Positions 7,060 through 15,719 of a stretch of 40,372 nucleotides of DNA are shown here, piece after piece (the stretch's first letter is position 1; every line of letters starts with the position of its first letter). The translations under genes and the position numbers were made by a program. The notes beneath the pieces were generated by a model that did no database searches, had not been told where the DNA came from, and saw nothing but the letters and a program-made list of their open reading frames with translations. Origin of the DNA: a virus. Location: IMG/VR virus record IMGVR_UViG_3300035130_000102, positions 1 to 40,372 of that record. The stretch is one strand, 5' to 3'.

Positions 7060-7201
7060 CGCGAAAATTATGGGCACGCTGCCTTACCCGGCCTCGCCTC
7101 GACTGGAGCAGCAGAACGCGTGCCCTAATTTCTGCTACACGCCGAACGAGTGCGTAGGCCGCAAATGCTGCCCCAAACAGCACCGGAGCTGCTCGTCATG
7201 A
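6959..7201 (+). CDS. Small protein: N-terminal copy of the EA-x3-[CA]-x2-H module plus a Cys-rich tail
   Basis: Strong RBS GGAGGTGAAAG precedes the ATG. YYWIEFSDRGRGCIDAKSKEEALELAAKH is followed by CPNFCYTPNECVGRKCCPKQHRSC. Confidence 0.7.
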   Translation: MEYYWIEFSDRGRGCIDAKSKEEALELAAKHGSDAKIMGTLPYPASPRLEQQNACPNFCYTPNECVGRKCCPKQHRSCSS

Positions 7202-7524
7202 TCCTCACCGAAGAGGGGCGCGCTGGCCTCGACAAGCTGGCCGAAATTACAAAATGCGGCGCCGTCGCCACGATGGACCCGCGCATTACCGCAGCCCTGA
7301 AATGGATTAAGACGCTGCCGCCGGGGCCGATTCAGCGCTGGCTAGTGCACCTCGATGCCGAGGGCGGCTGCCAGTCGTGTCCGTTTGAGACACAAATCAT
7401 GTCCGGGCTCTGCGGTCTCGACCTGTACACCGGAGCAGGCGAGCACGCGTGCACCTATGACACGGCGCCGGAGACCTGTCAGCTGCGACGGGGGCCGGCG
7501 CTGGTCGATGGGGTGTTGCCGTGA
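7198..7524 (+). CDS. Hypothetical protein (108 aa), CxxC-containing
   Basis: Internal ATG at 7198 in an ATGA overlap with the upstream stop. Confidence 0.6.
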   Translation: MILTEEGRAGLDKLAEITKCGAVATMDPRITAALKWIKTLPPGPIQRWLVHLDAEGGCQSCPFETQIMSGLCGLDLYTGAGEHACTYDTAPETCQLRRGPALVDGVLP

Positions 7525-8675
7525 CCTATCTCGCCCCCGGGCTCTACCCCGACTTGTCGCTCGAGGAGTACCTGGCCATCACCGACAAGGATGGATGGCC
7601 GGCGATCCGCAACGGCCTGCTGCGTGCAGTACGCCACGGCCCGCGCGAGTGTCAGCACCGGCAGCGCTTCGGCGTCACACCGACCAAGGCCATGCTGGCC
7701 GGGACACTCGTGCATACACAGGTGCTGTCGCCGGCCGATTGGCTGCGGCGATTCGTCGAGTGGGATGTGCCCGTGTTCGAGCCGCGGCCGGCGCTGAAAT
7801 GGGACAAGCTGTCGCCGGATCTCTACATCTCGGCGTGCAACCGCTACCGCCTCGAGCGCACCGCCGGCAATGACTGGCGCGCAGCCTACACTGATCAGGA
7901 CGACATGCAGGGGTGCGGCGATGCGCTGATTGACACGCTCGGCACCGTCACCGCAGCGAAAGCGGTCTGCAAAGAGCACTACGAGCGCACTGTCTCGCGC
8001 GTCCCAAAACTGGACGACGACGGCAAGCCGAAGCTCTCGCCGCAGAACCCGAACAGCGGCGAGTACAAGAAATTCGTCGCCGCCAACCCCGACCGGATCA
8101 TCGTCACCCGCGACGAGATCGAGCACGCCAAGCGGATCGCTGTGGCCATCCGGGACAACCCCGAGGCCCGCCGGCGACTGGGGCAGATCTGGCGCACCGA
8201 GCTAACGATCGTGTGGGAGCACGAGGAGACCGGCGCGCTGATGGCCTGCCGTCATGACTGGCTCACGGACCCCCGCGCCCCGCTCGTCACCCTCGGCGAG
8301 CTGAAGACGTGCCGCAGCGCCGAGGAGGGCGCATTCAATCGGCAAGCGGCGGACATGGAGTACCACGCCCAGGCAGCCCACTACCGCGCCGGCTTCCGGG
8401 CCCACTTCGGCGAGCACATCGAGACAGAGTCGGTCTGCCTCGCCGTGGAAAACACCGGCTCCCATGACAACTGCGTCTATACGTGGCCAGGGGGGCATCT
8501 GGACGCTGGCCACGAGCTGAACGAGGAGCGGCTCCAGCAGCTGCTCGAGTGGCGCGATTATGGCGACCAGACATGGCCCTGCAGGCGGACGGCGGCGCAC
8601 TTTGATTTTGAGACGCACGGGCGGGGGCACTTGCTGGGCGAGGACGGAGACGAACTTGATTGGAGCGACTCATGA
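7521..8675 (+). CDS. PD-(D/E)XK recombination exonuclease (RecE/DUF3799-like)
   Basis: 384 aa. GTLVHT near the N-terminus; HDW...LGELKT (D...ExK) core; YHAQAAHY (QxxxY-like) motif. GTGA start overlap. Confidence 0.65.
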   Translation: MTYLAPGLYPDLSLEEYLAITDKDGWPAIRNGLLRAVRHGPRECQHRQRFGVTPTKAMLAGTLVHTQVLSPADWLRRFVEWDVPVFEPRPALKWDKLSPDLYISACNRYRLERTAGNDWRAAYTDQDDMQGCGDALIDTLGTVTAAKAVCKEHYERTVSRVPKLDDDGKPKLSPQNPNSGEYKKFVAANPDRIIVTRDEIEHAKRIAVAIRDNPEARRRLGQIWRTELTIVWEHEETGALMACRHDWLTDPRAPLVTLGELKTCRSAEEGAFNRQAADMEYHAQAAHYRAGFRAHFGEHIETESVCLAVENTGSHDNCVYTWPGGHLDAGHELNEERLQQLLEWRDYGDQTWPCRRTAAHFDFETHGRGHLLGEDGDELDWSDS

Positions 8676-9217
8676 GCGATGACGTTGACAGGACATTCGA
8701 GCATTACAAGGAGTTCGGCCGGGCAAACGGCTACACCTCGGCCGAGGCGTTTCGGGACGCCGATGGCCAGCCGTCCGTTTACACGCTCACCCTCGTCAAA
8801 ATCACCGAGAGAAAGCTGCCCAAGTTCGATCGGAAGGAGAACGAGCCAGAGTACGAGGTGAAGCAGATTCTGTGGTTCGGGCCAACGCGCCCCGGGAAGG
8901 ATCCGCCGCCTCCGGCGATCATCGGCAAGGAGGTCTGGGAGACGATCTCGCGTACCTTCGCGAAGTTCTTCGGGCCGAAGGTGCGGGCGTGGTATGGCAA
9001 GCGGCTCACGCTTACCGCCGAGCAGACCAACAAGCCGCGAAAGGGCGATTGGGGCATTCGGCCCGTGGGCTCACCGGACATCCCAGAGGACTATCAGGCA
9101 ACGTTCAAGCTCGGGGTGGGCGGCGGCGCGAAAAAAACGGTGAAACGATGGATGCGCAAAACAGAGGCCGGCAACGGCCCCCCCACGAGCCGCAGCCCGA
9201 AAGGAGAGGCCCAATGA
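8672..9217 (+). CDS. Hypothetical Lys-rich protein (181 aa); possible ssDNA-binding or annealing partner of the exonuclease (context only)
   Basis: ATGA overlap with the exonuclease stop. More Lys-rich and, by eye, more AT-rich than its neighbours. Confidence 0.5.
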   Translation: MSDDVDRTFEHYKEFGRANGYTSAEAFRDADGQPSVYTLTLVKITERKLPKFDRKENEPEYEVKQILWFGPTRPGKDPPPPAIIGKEVWETISRTFAKFFGPKVRAWYGKRLTLTAEQTNKPRKGDWGIRPVGSPDIPEDYQATFKLGVGGGAKKTVKRWMRKTEAGNGPPTSRSPKGEAQ

Positions 9218-10692
9218 CGACCCCGATCAAAGCAGGCGACACGGTGTGGACGGCAGAGCAGCTGTCCGTCCCCCCACCCGGCCACGTCGCGTATGTCACA
9301 TGGCGACACCACGGCGTCGACGGTAGGGTGCAGCACGTCGACGAGCAGCACCAGATCGCGATCGTGCTGCACCACCTCAAGCCGGCGACAGTAGGGATCT
9401 ACCACCTGCACGAGCTCTCCCTCGCCGTAGCCGATCAGGAGCAGCCGCCGCTCCACGTCCGCAAGCGCGCCGACGCCGGCGAGGAGCTGCGCCAGCTGCA
9501 GCTAGAGCGCGATCTCGCCCGGGGGCACCAGGCGAATCCTGAGGCGCAGTCGAGGCGGGTGAACGAGGAGGTGCTCCAGCTCCGGGCCCGGGTGGAGGAG
9601 CTAGATCGCCGGCTGTGCCAGATCGCGCACCTCGACGAACTGGCCACGGCGGAGGAGGCAGTGGAGCAGATCGCCGCCCGCTGCCAGCTCTACGACCTGC
9701 TCGCCGATCCGGAGGCGTACGACTGCGCCGATCCGGAGACCCTCGCGAGCCAGGCCGTGCGCGCACTCCGTCGAGCGACCGAGGCGCAGTCGGAGCTGAC
9801 CGGCCTCCGCTCGACCCTAATGGAGATCACCGGCGTGGACGTGACCGGGGGGCACGACCCCGGCGAGGTGCTCGAGCGGCTGCGCTACCTCGTCGCGGCG
9901 CTGGAGCCGCTCTGGGAGCTCGATCGTGGGCTCCTCTCGCAGGCGCAGGAGAGCCTCGAGCAGATCGGCCGGTGGCGTGAGCTCGACGCCGAGGAGACAC
10001 GGGACGCGCTCCGGGGGCTCGGTGGCGCCGGCGATAGCAGCCCTCACCACACAGCAGCTCGCCTCGCCGAGGTGTGCGAGCTGCTGCTACAGGTCGACCG
10101 CGCCGCCCGCGACAGCTCACCGGTGCGGCGGTGCCGGCCGGGGGCGAGCCTGGAGGAGGGCGAAGAGGAGCCGGCGATCCAGGCGGCGCGGGCATGGTGT
10201 GAGCTGGACTGCCGCACGCAACGTGAGCTGCGAGCGTGGCTTGGCGATGAGAGCGACATCGTGGCGACCGAAGCTCACACCATGGCGATGAAGGTCGCCC
10301 TCGGGGCCATCCCCCGCCTGCTCGAGCTGGCCACCCGCCCCGCTGCCGGCCCCGGGGAGGCCGTGGTGCCGGCGCGGGTGGTAGAGCTCTATCGGGAGCT
10401 GCACCGGCAGATAGCCGGCTTTGAGCCGCGCCTGTGCGACGCAGATCTCAGCGCCGTCATGGAGGAGCTCTACGACGCTGGGGTAGAGCTGCCGATGCAG
10501 GGGCCGCCGCGGAGAGGCGAGCCCGATCCCCTGTACGAGCTACAGCGCGGGCTGCTCGAGTGCCTGGCCCCGGCGCAACTGGAGCGGCTCGCCTGCGGCC
10601 TTCGTGCCCTGGTCGGTCGAGACGCGGGAGCCGGCACTGCGCTGCTGGTGCTGGCGGACTACCTCGAGCACCTCGCCGGGGAGGCGTCGTGA
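9214..10692 (+). CDS. Hypothetical protein (492 aa): small N-terminal beta domain plus long helical or coiled-coil region
   Basis: ATGA overlap. AAGGAGAGG RBS. The tracked upstream extension (from 8872) overlaps the previous gene. Confidence 0.65.
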   Translation: MTTPIKAGDTVWTAEQLSVPPPGHVAYVTWRHHGVDGRVQHVDEQHQIAIVLHHLKPATVGIYHLHELSLAVADQEQPPLHVRKRADAGEELRQLQLERDLARGHQANPEAQSRRVNEEVLQLRARVEELDRRLCQIAHLDELATAEEAVEQIAARCQLYDLLADPEAYDCADPETLASQAVRALRRATEAQSELTGLRSTLMEITGVDVTGGHDPGEVLERLRYLVAALEPLWELDRGLLSQAQESLEQIGRWRELDAEETRDALRGLGGAGDSSPHHTAARLAEVCELLLQVDRAARDSSPVRRCRPGASLEEGEEEPAIQAARAWCELDCRTQRELRAWLGDESDIVATEAHTMAMKVALGAIPRLLELATRPAAGPGEAVVPARVVELYRELHRQIAGFEPRLCDADLSAVMEELYDAGVELPMQGPPRRGEPDPLYELQRGLLECLAPAQLERLACGLRALVGRDAGAGTALLVLADYLEHLAGEAS

Positions 10693-11162
10693 TTACCCAC
10701 CGGCAGCTCCGGCACGTCCGGAAGCTGGCCACAGCGGCCTCCTCCGCGGCCACAGCGGCCTATCAGAGCCTGGCCTGTACCGGAGGAGCTATCGGCCTAC
10801 CCCGGCTCCAGCGGGCTCTCAGGCAGGCGTACGAGCACCTCGGCGAGCAGATCACGGCAGCTGTCCGCGCACGGGCCGAGATAGATCGACTGCTCGAGCA
10901 AGGCAACGGCACCCCCACTGCCCCGCCGCCGGCGACATCCACTACCGAGCGCCTCGACAAGCTGGCGCGGCTCGTGCGAGGGCCAGCCGCCCCGCTGCTG
11001 TCCGGCGCCGTCCGGGTGCAGCTCTACACCTGGCAGCAGCGCGGCCCCGAGCAGCGGCTGGCTGTGCTCCGGGAGGCGCAGAGGGAGCTGATCGAGCAGA
11101 GCGATCGGGTGGGCGATCTCACCGGCCTGGTGCAGCAGCTGATAGCGGAGCTGGATCGGTGA
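10689..11162 (+). CDS. Hypothetical helical protein (157 aa)
   Basis: GTG start in a GTGA overlap with the upstream stop. Confidence 0.55.
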   Translation: MITHRQLRHVRKLATAASSAATAAYQSLACTGGAIGLPRLQRALRQAYEHLGEQITAAVRARAEIDRLLEQGNGTPTAPPPATSTTERLDKLARLVRGPAAPLLSGAVRVQLYTWQQRGPEQRLAVLREAQRELIEQSDRVGDLTGLVQQLIAELDR

Positions 11163-11326
11163 GCGGCACGAGATCTGCAGGAGCGATAGCTCGGAGGTGT
11201 AGCCTGTGCACGTGGTGACCAGAGCAGGGGTGATCCGGGCCGTATTCGCCGGATTTGGGCCGCCGCCGGCAGATGGTAGGCGGTGGCAGCGGTCCTCCCA
11301 GGTGCTGATCCCTGGGGACTTGGCCA

Positions 11327-11423
11327 GGTGCGACAATCTGTCCGCAGGCCAAGTAGCTGAATTTGCTGGCTCTGGGACCGGGTGCGACAATCTGTCCGCA
11401 CCACCTGCGGAGCAATTGTCGCA
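11327..11423. repeat. Three copies of an 18-20-bp motif: two direct (GGTGCGACAATCTGTCCGCA) and one inverted
   Basis: 11327-11346 and 11381-11400 are identical. 11406-11423 is the reverse complement with 15/18 matches. They lie in the 340-bp gap upstream of the HNH gene. Confidence 0.85.
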
Positions 11424-11502
11424 GCCCGACGGCGGCCCGGACGAGGTTTCGCGCACTTAGCGCCGCCGCGGAGTTGGCACGGCAGCTGCATTATAGGCTG
11501 GC

Positions 11503-11877
11503 ATGGCAACGAGGCAGACAGCAGGACGCAGCAAGCACGACTCCCGCCCCCGGCGCGAGAGCTTGCGCAAGCGCCTCGGCCTCCGGATCGCCCGCGCGAT
11601 CGACGCCCGCGACGGCGGCCGCTGCGTGTACTGCGGCGCTACCGCCGACGAGTCCGGCAGCCACCTGCACCTCGACCACGTGACCCCGCGCTCCCTCGGC
11701 GGAGAGGACAGCCCGGACAACCTCGTGACCGCGTGCCGCGCATGCAACTGCGCTCGCAAAACCATGAGCCTGGCCCAGTGGAGCGCCTACTGCGGCGCCC
11801 TGCTCGGCCTCGCCCCCGCCACAGTCGCCCGCCGCGTCCGCCGCCGGCTGGCCCAGCCGCTGCCCCTGGCAGCATGA
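11503..11877 (+). CDS. HNH endonuclease
   Basis: CVYCG...[27 protein letters not shown] gives the CxxC...H-N(D)-H...CxxC arrangement. Confidence 0.85.
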   Translation: MATRQTAGRSKHDSRPRRESLRKRLGLRIARAIDARDGGRCVYCGATADESGSHLHLDHVTPRSLGGEDSPDNLVTACRACNCARKTMSLAQWSAYCGALLGLAPATVARRVRRRLAQPLPLAA

Positions 11878-11889
11878 TGGAGACCGACC

Positions 11890-12537
11890 ATGACCGCCAC
11901 CGCTCCTACCACCCACCGCGCAACCTTTGCTGAGCTCGTGCACGCCGGCACCATGGCCCAGCCCGTCGAGGCTGACGACGTCCGCCGGCCCCGCGAGGTG
12001 CAGCTGCTGCTCGAGCAGCTCGCTGCCGTCGGCCTCACCCTGGCGCCGCTCCGCGGGCCGACCGAGCAGGAGCAGCTCGGGGTAGACCTGGCGATCGGCC
12101 TGATCCTCCAGGACACCTCTGGCCTAGCCTCTGGCGACGTGGAGGCGGTTCGCGCCGCCGGCCGGTGGTGGCGTGGCCGCCCTAAGCGCCAGCCGAGCAA
12201 CAGCGCCCTCCGTCGCGCCGTCGGGATCGCCGGCAGCTATCACGTCGCCCTCGCCGAGCTGCGTGGCCGCAAGCAGTGCCCCGGCGGCCGCTGGCCGAAG
12301 TGCGAGGGGCAGCTCGAAGCGGCGGCTGATCCCCGCAAGCGCGCCGGCATCCTGCCCATCGGCTGGGCGGAGGCCGTGGCGAGCAACTGCCAGCCTGGAC
12401 AGACCCCGGCCGATGTGATCGCCGCAGAGCTCAATGTCAGCGAGATCGAGATCGACGACGGCGCTGTGTGGGACGGCACCCGGCAGCAGTGGCTGGACCA
12501 GGACCAGATCGATGATCTGGTGCAGCGGATCGGCTGA
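11890..12537 (+). CDS. Hypothetical protein (215 aa)
   Basis: ORF with a GGAGAC RBS-like element about 6 nt upstream. Confidence 0.6.
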   Translation: MTATAPTTHRATFAELVHAGTMAQPVEADDVRRPREVQLLLEQLAAVGLTLAPLRGPTEQEQLGVDLAIGLILQDTSGLASGDVEAVRAAGRWWRGRPKRQPSNSALRRAVGIAGSYHVALAELRGRKQCPGGRWPKCEGQLEAAADPRKRAGILPIGWAEAVASNCQPGQTPADVIAAELNVSEIEIDDGAVWDGTRQQWLDQDQIDDLVQRIG

Positions 12538-12556
12538 CCCCACCTCCACCGGCGCA

Positions 12557-12589
12557 CAAGCCCGGAGCTGCTACGGCGGCCCGGGCTTG
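12557..12589 (+). terminator. Stem-loop downstream of gene 11890..12537 (terminator or attenuator candidate, no U-tract)
   Basis: CAAGCCCGG (12557-12565) pairs with CCGGGCTTG (12581-12589) around a 15-nt loop, 20 nt after the stop. Confidence 0.3.
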
Positions 12590-12684
12590 AGCCCGTAGAG
12601 GCTGCCGGCCGGGGGCAGTGACGCCCCCAGCGTAGTCCCATACGCGCGCCGGCCGGCGGCCTCGCTTTTGCAAGGAGACGACCC

Positions 12685-13080
12685 ATGAGCTGCACCCACA
12701 TCCACACCGTGACCACCCCCGAGCGTCCCTTCACCAGCGCGGCCGGCGAGCGACGGGCCGCCCAAGGCAACGTCAGCTGGACCGAGATCTGCGTCGACTG
12801 CGGCGCGAGCCGGCAGGTCGACCGCAACGCCTGTACCGATCACAGCCGGTGGGAGCGGCCGCGCTGGCAATGGGTCGGGCGGCCCAACTCGGGGGATCCG
12901 GGCTGGCAGATCGCCTACACGCCGCAACTTCGCGTCGCGGTGCTGGCCGTGCGCTGCCGCAGGGGGACGGCCAGTCCCTCCCCTACGCCACTGCGGGACG
13001 GCACCCTGGTATCGCTGGACACCGTCCCGCGCGGGGCCCTGCGCTATATCAGCGTCCGGCCCCTCAGCGAAATGGCCTAA
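12685..13080 (+). CDS. Hypothetical protein (131 aa)
   Basis: RBS AAGGAGA about 7 nt upstream of the ATG. Confidence 0.6.
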   Translation: MSCTHIHTVTTPERPFTSAAGERRAAQGNVSWTEICVDCGASRQVDRNACTDHSRWERPRWQWVGRPNSGDPGWQIAYTPQLRVAVLAVRCRRGTASPSPTPLRDGTLVSLDTVPRGALRYISVRPLSEMA

Positions 13081-13167
13081 CCGCTACGCTCCACCGCGCC
13101 CGCCGGCAGCTCCTACGCCAGGGGCGCCGGCTCGAGGCGTTGAGACCCCTCGCCAGGAGACCCGATT

Positions 13168-13539
13168 ATGAGCATCGCCGCCTGCCCCGCTACCCACCGC
13201 GCCGTGCCCACCGGCGCCCACCGCAACATCGCCGGCCACCCGCCTGGCGAAATCCCGGTGTACGCCCTGACCGCGACTCCGGAAATCGCCGGGAGCTTCT
13301 TCGACGTCGTTGAGCTGCCCGATGGCAGCCACGCCTACCTGCTCGAGGTCGGCGGCGTGACGTACCTGTGCCGCCAGATGGTCGCCCGGCATTACGGCAG
13401 CGGCGCCACCCACAACACCCGCACTGCACCCGAGACTCTCACCGGACTGATCGCCGAGGCCCGGTGCGGGGCGAGTGATCGTCACTATCTGCGCCGGAGC
13501 GGTCGCGACATCGTAGGGATCGTGGAGGTGCAGCCATGA
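13168..13539 (+). CDS. Hypothetical protein (123 aa)
   Basis: RBS AGGAGA upstream. Protein-like composition. Confidence 0.6.
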   Translation: MSIAACPATHRAVPTGAHRNIAGHPPGEIPVYALTATPEIAGSFFDVVELPDGSHAYLLEVGGVTYLCRQMVARHYGSGATHNTRTAPETLTGLIAEARCGASDRHYLRRSGRDIVGIVEVQP

Positions 13540-13904
13540 GCCGCTACCCCGATACCCCCGACGGCATCGCCGCCGCCAATCTCTGGACCGCGGTTGAGCG
13601 CGAGCTCGGCCTGATCCTCAGCGACGCTGCGGTCAGCGGCTGCCTAGTGACCGGTCAGCAGCTCACCGCCGCCTACCTGGTAGCGCAGCGCCTCGTCCGA
13701 GAGCGCGACGCCGAAGAGGAGCTGATCGCCCTGACCCGGCGCACCGGCCGGGACTACGAGCTGCGCCGTATCGAGGGCCGGGAGCGCTGCCGGGCCCCAT
13801 GGCGATCCTACGTGGTCGACATCGTCGGGGAGCCGAGCGCGGTGGCGTACGGTGAGACCCCAGCCGAGGCTGTACGCCAGGCGCAGCTGCTGGAGCTGAC
13901 ATGA
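13536..13904 (+). CDS. Hypothetical protein (122 aa)
   Basis: ATGA overlap upstream. Confidence 0.6.
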   Translation: MSRYPDTPDGIAAANLWTAVERELGLILSDAAVSGCLVTGQQLTAAYLVAQRLVRERDAEEELIALTRRTGRDYELRRIEGRERCRAPWRSYVVDIVGEPSAVAYGETPAEAVRQAQLLELT

Positions 13905-14047
13905 TCCCGCTACGCGAGCCACCCAGCCTGCTCCAGCTCATGGCGGCGGTGCTGCTGCTCGTCGCTCTGTGGGCCCTGGCGGTCGCTCTGACGGCCCCGG
14001 AGCCCGACCCCACCCCGAGACCGCCCTGCACCTGCCCGAGCCGCTGA
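13901..14047 (+). CDS. Small single-pass membrane protein (48 aa), not in the ORF track
   Basis: ATGA overlap with the upstream stop. Hand translation: MIPLREPPSLLQLMAAVLLLVALWALAVALTAPEPDPTPRPPCTCPSR. Confidence 0.45.
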   Translation: MIPLREPPSLLQLMAAVLLLVALWALAVALTAPEPDPTPRPPCTCPSR

Positions 14048-14128
14048 CACCCCCGCAGCGGCCGAGCAGCCCCTCGCCCGACCATCGCTCGACGGTGGCC
14101 GGGCTGAGGTGGTAGGAGGTATCGGATT

Positions 14129-14404
14129 ATGGCGATCTATGAGGTATGGACAATCGGCGCCAATGGCGGCGAGCGCTACGTCGGGCTCGTCGACGGGGCC
14201 ACCCGAGGCGAGGCCGAGACCGAGGCTGACGAGCGGTTCGGCCACGGCAACCCCGGCGGGCTCGAGCTGCGGGCCCGTGGTCCACATCGGTGCCCGCGTT
14301 GCCCTGGCGTAGGCACCGTAGATGGCCCCCCCGAGGAGCCGCTCTGCTTGTGGTGCGGCTCGCCGATGATCCCACTCGGCGAGCTGGGGATGGTGCCGGC
14401 ATGA
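14129..14404 (+). CDS. Small Zn-ribbon protein (91 aa)
   Basis: RBS TAGGAGG upstream. CPRCP...CLWC motifs. Confidence 0.65.
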   Translation: MAIYEVWTIGANGGERYVGLVDGATRGEAETEADERFGHGNPGGLELRARGPHRCPRCPGVGTVDGPPEEPLCLWCGSPMIPLGELGMVPA

Positions 14405-15051
14405 TCCCCATTGGAACCGCGAACCTGAACGGCCAGAGCTACGAGCTGCGGCGACGCAATATCGCCGGCAGCTATACCTGGTGGATCGACGACGTGGCCG
14501 CAATCGAGGGCACCTACAGCACGTTCGCCGAGGCCATCGACGCTCTGTGGGAGCAGCTCGGCATCCGCGCTGCCCCCGGGGGATGGTGGGCATCGGAGAG
14601 GGAGTCCACGGCTATTCCTGCGGCCGCCCGGCTACCGCGGACGGTGACGGAGCAGGAGCAGCGGCTCGGGCTGAAGCTCGAAGATTTGCTGCGGAAGCAC
14701 GAGCTGCAGCTCACCGATCGACGCGGCTGCGGCGTCCCCGAGCTCGAGCTAGGCCTGGCCTACCAGCTCGCCGAGGCCCTGGTGCTCGAGGTCCGCGCTG
14801 AGGAGCTGCTCGAGCAGCTGGCGGTGGAGCATGAGATCGAGTGCGAGCTGCAGCAGCTACTCGACGGTGGTTGGGTGATTCTGCCCCCCGGCGACAGCCC
14901 CGATGATTACGCGCTGCTCGCCACCGGCAGCACTCCGCTCGAGGCCGTAGAGGAGCTGCGGCGGGACCTGGAGGCGCCGAGCCTACACCAGGCCAGCGAC
15001 GAGGATCTGCTGCTCGAGCTGCTCAGCCGGGCCAGGGGGAGGGTAGGGTGA
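14401..15051 (+). CDS. Hypothetical acidic protein (216 aa)
   Basis: Internal ATG at 14401 in an ATGA overlap. Confidence 0.6.
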   Translation: MIPIGTANLNGQSYELRRRNIAGSYTWWIDDVAAIEGTYSTFAEAIDALWEQLGIRAAPGGWWASERESTAIPAAARLPRTVTEQEQRLGLKLEDLLRKHELQLTDRRGCGVPELELGLAYQLAEALVLEVRAEELLEQLAVEHEIECELQQLLDGGWVILPPGDSPDDYALLATGSTPLEAVEELRRDLEAPSLHQASDEDLLLELLSRARGRVG

Positions 15052-15500
15052 TCGCCGTCCGTCTCGAGGCCGACGAGGACCTCCGTCTGGTGGTGGCCAG
15101 CGCCTTCGTTGGCGTGGGCGCGCCCGCCGCCGCACCGTGGATGGAGGCATGGGTCGGCGACCAGCTCTGGGTCGAGGTGACGCGGTGGGCTAGCCCCGGG
15201 ACGCCGGCGGAGGAGCTGGCTTTTGCTGACCCGGCGGATAGGCTGTTGCTCGGCCCACAGGGGGGCCAGGAGGCCGTTCCCCCGCCGCCCTGCGAGTGCC
15301 ATTGCGGCTACAGCTGCGGCCGACAGTGTGGCCTCGAGATCATGCAGTGCATGGCTGAGCACTATGAGCACGACTGCGGTCATGTCTGGGATGGCCCAAC
15401 GGAGCGAGGCGAAGAGTCAGGCGGCTGCTGCTGGGAAAGCGCCACGTGCTCGAAGTGCGGCGCGGTGCAGATCTGGCACGACATGGCGTGCGGGCCATGA
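15048..15500 (+). CDS. Cys/His-rich hypothetical protein (150 aa)
   Basis: GTGA overlap start. CECHCGYSCGRQCG...HDCGH...CCWESATCSKCG. Confidence 0.6.
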   Translation: MIAVRLEADEDLRLVVASAFVGVGAPAAAPWMEAWVGDQLWVEVTRWASPGTPAEELAFADPADRLLLGPQGGQEAVPPPPCECHCGYSCGRQCGLEIMQCMAEHYEHDCGHVWDGPTERGEESGGCCWESATCSKCGAVQIWHDMACGP

Positions 15501-15506
15501 CGCCGG

Positions 15507-15719
15507 CTACGGCCCCGGCGGCTCCCCGTCCGGCCCCGGCTCGTCATCGTCCGGCGCCGCGATCTCGCAATAGGTGCCCCGGTAGTACACCGTGCCGTCC
15601 GGGCCCTCGACGCTGTCCACGATCGCTGAGAAGTGCCGGCGACGTACCCGGTGAGCTGCCCAGGCGCCTCCCACGAGGGCCCCGGCGATGATCCCTGCCA
15701 GGAGCGGGATCACCCCCAC
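15507..15719 (-). CDS. Single-pass membrane protein (70 aa); last gene of the minus-strand block (holin or spanin-type candidate)
   Basis: GTG at 15719 is preceded by GGAGG plus 5 nt. Sequence GVIPLLAGIIAGALVGGAWAA then RVRRR and an acidic tail. Confidence 0.55.
   Translation of the reverse strand: MGVIPLLAGIIAGALVGGAWAAHRVRRRHFSAIVDSVEGPDGTVYYRGTYCEIAAPDDDEPGPDGEPPGP

Noticed and set aside
11327-11400. CRISPR array formed by the 20-bp direct repeats
   Set aside because: There are only two direct copies (34-bp spacer) plus one inverted copy and no cas genes. This fits better with protein-binding sites.
11206-11460. 84-aa plus-strand ORF across the repeat region (contains CDNLSA twice)
   Set aside because: The duplicated peptide is just the DNA repeat read in frame. 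The ORF has no RBS and poor composition, so the region is more plausibly non-coding.
15498-15509. Convergent stop codons of the plus and minus blocks only 6 bp apart, suggesting a shared bidirectional terminator
   Set aside because: I found no convincing stem-loop spanning the junction, only a weak GGCGT...ACGCC pairing inside the plus-strand gene. Nothing can be supported beyond the tight convergence.
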